From the NCBI GenBank assembly GCA_041483175.1, contig JBGPFD010000002.1:1-40625 (forward strand): 40,625 nt of DNA, read 5' to 3'. The notes below the pieces were generated by a model. It was not told the origin of the DNA. It searched no databases and saw only the letters and a program-made list of their open reading frames with translations. Made by a program: the position numbers and the translations under genes. This document shows, piece after piece, positions 40,131 to 40,625 of this stretch (the first letter of the stretch is position 1; every line of letters starts with the position of its first letter). The DNA is from Thermoanaerobaculia bacterium. GTDB taxonomy: Bacteria > Acidobacteriota > Thermoanaerobaculia > Gp7-AA8.

Positions 40131-40625
40131 ATGAGCGCGACCGTCGAAGCGACGGTCATCTCCGTTGCGAGCGCGAGGTGCCGGCTGTTCTTCGACGGCC
40201 GGGCGGCCGACTGCATCATTCCGCAAGAAATCGCCCGAAATCAGCGCAGCATGCTCGCCGTCGGCGACCGGGTGCGCGCCGAGCCGTCGGAGGGCGGCCC
40301 GTGGCGTCTGCTGGAAGTCCTGCCGCGCCGAAGCCTCCTGTCGCGGCCCGATCCGCTGCACGCCCACGTGCAGCGTCTGATTGCCGCGAACATCGACCTG
40401 GTGGTGCACGTCGTTTCCGTCAAGTGGCCACCGTTCCGCCCGCGACTGATCGATCGCGTTTTGATCGCTGTGCAGCAAGGAGGGGCGAACCCGGCGATCT
40501 GCGTCAACAAGATCGATCTCATCGAGGCGGCCGATCGTCCTCGTTTCCTCGAGCCTCTCCGCGTCTATGCCGATCTGCATGTGCCGGTGATCGGCTGCTC
40601 AACGCGCAGCGGCGAAGGCATCCCC
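40131..40625 (+). CDS. rsgA: Ribosome small-subunit-dependent GTPase A (N-terminal part; runs off the window end)
   Basis: My own translation is MSATVEATVISVASARCRLFFDG...RRSLLSRPDP...IAANIDLVVHVVS...AICVNKIDL. It shows an OB fold followed by the circularly permuted GTPase NKxD motif. It is absent from the ORF track because there is no stop in the window. Confidence 0.85.
   Translation, partial: MSATVEATVISVASARCRLFFDGRAADCIIPQEIARNQRSMLAVGDRVRAEPSEGGPWRLLEVLPRRSLLSRPDPLHAHVQRLIAANIDLVVHVVSVKWPPFRPRLIDRVLIAVQQGGANPAICVNKIDLIEAADRPRFLEPLRVYADLHVPVIGCSTRSGEGIP

Overview
GC-rich bacterial chromosomal window, roughly two-thirds G+C by eye. Gene content and the dense GC-rich extragenic palindromes suggest a soil Acidobacteria-like organism, but that is inference only. 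I found no rRNA, tRNA or CRISPR array. The backbone is mostly housekeeping and envelope genes:

- a HlyD adaptor with a MacB/FtsX-type permease, and an M14 carboxypeptidase;
- two beta-lactamase-fold serine hydrolases, a NUDIX hydrolase and an APC amino-acid permease;
- transketolase, an M48 protease, a GNAT acetyltransferase, DinB and a DapB/Ord-like dehydrogenase;
- a D-serine-dehydratase-like PLP enzyme, a 7TM-PAS-GGDEF-EAL protein, an M49-like peptidase and RsgA.

The accessory or unusual content is:

1. A translationally coupled ECF sigma operon (2403-4619). Its cytoplasmic zf-HC2 anti-sigma factor is fused to an apparently catalytic O6-alkylguanine alkyltransferase domain and an Ada-type Cys4 zinc finger, followed by a stand-alone PP2C phosphatase. 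This is my best candidate for an undescribed signalling system, a suicide alkylation-sensing anti-sigma.
2. A low-GC island of about 6.3 kb (about 6.5-12.8 kb) bracketed by two nearly identical direct REP copies. It carries an AraC regulator, a BNR-like propeller, secreted proteins and decayed genes.
3. Two PilZ paralogues with a shared uncharacterised C-terminal domain, flanking the APC permease.
4. A decayed integrative element next to tkt: direct repeats, an integrase N-terminal stub, and a RelE/ParE-type TA pair whose toxin carries a 15-bp in-frame tandem duplication.
5. An IS3-family element with an A6G -1 frameshift site, abutting a decapitated radical-SAM / GT4 / radical-SAM-SPASM cluster.
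6. Several dispersed repeat families, including two AT-rich dyad arrays of GAAT-N3 heptads.

All calls rest on reading the supplied translations and the DNA by eye. No database searches were run.
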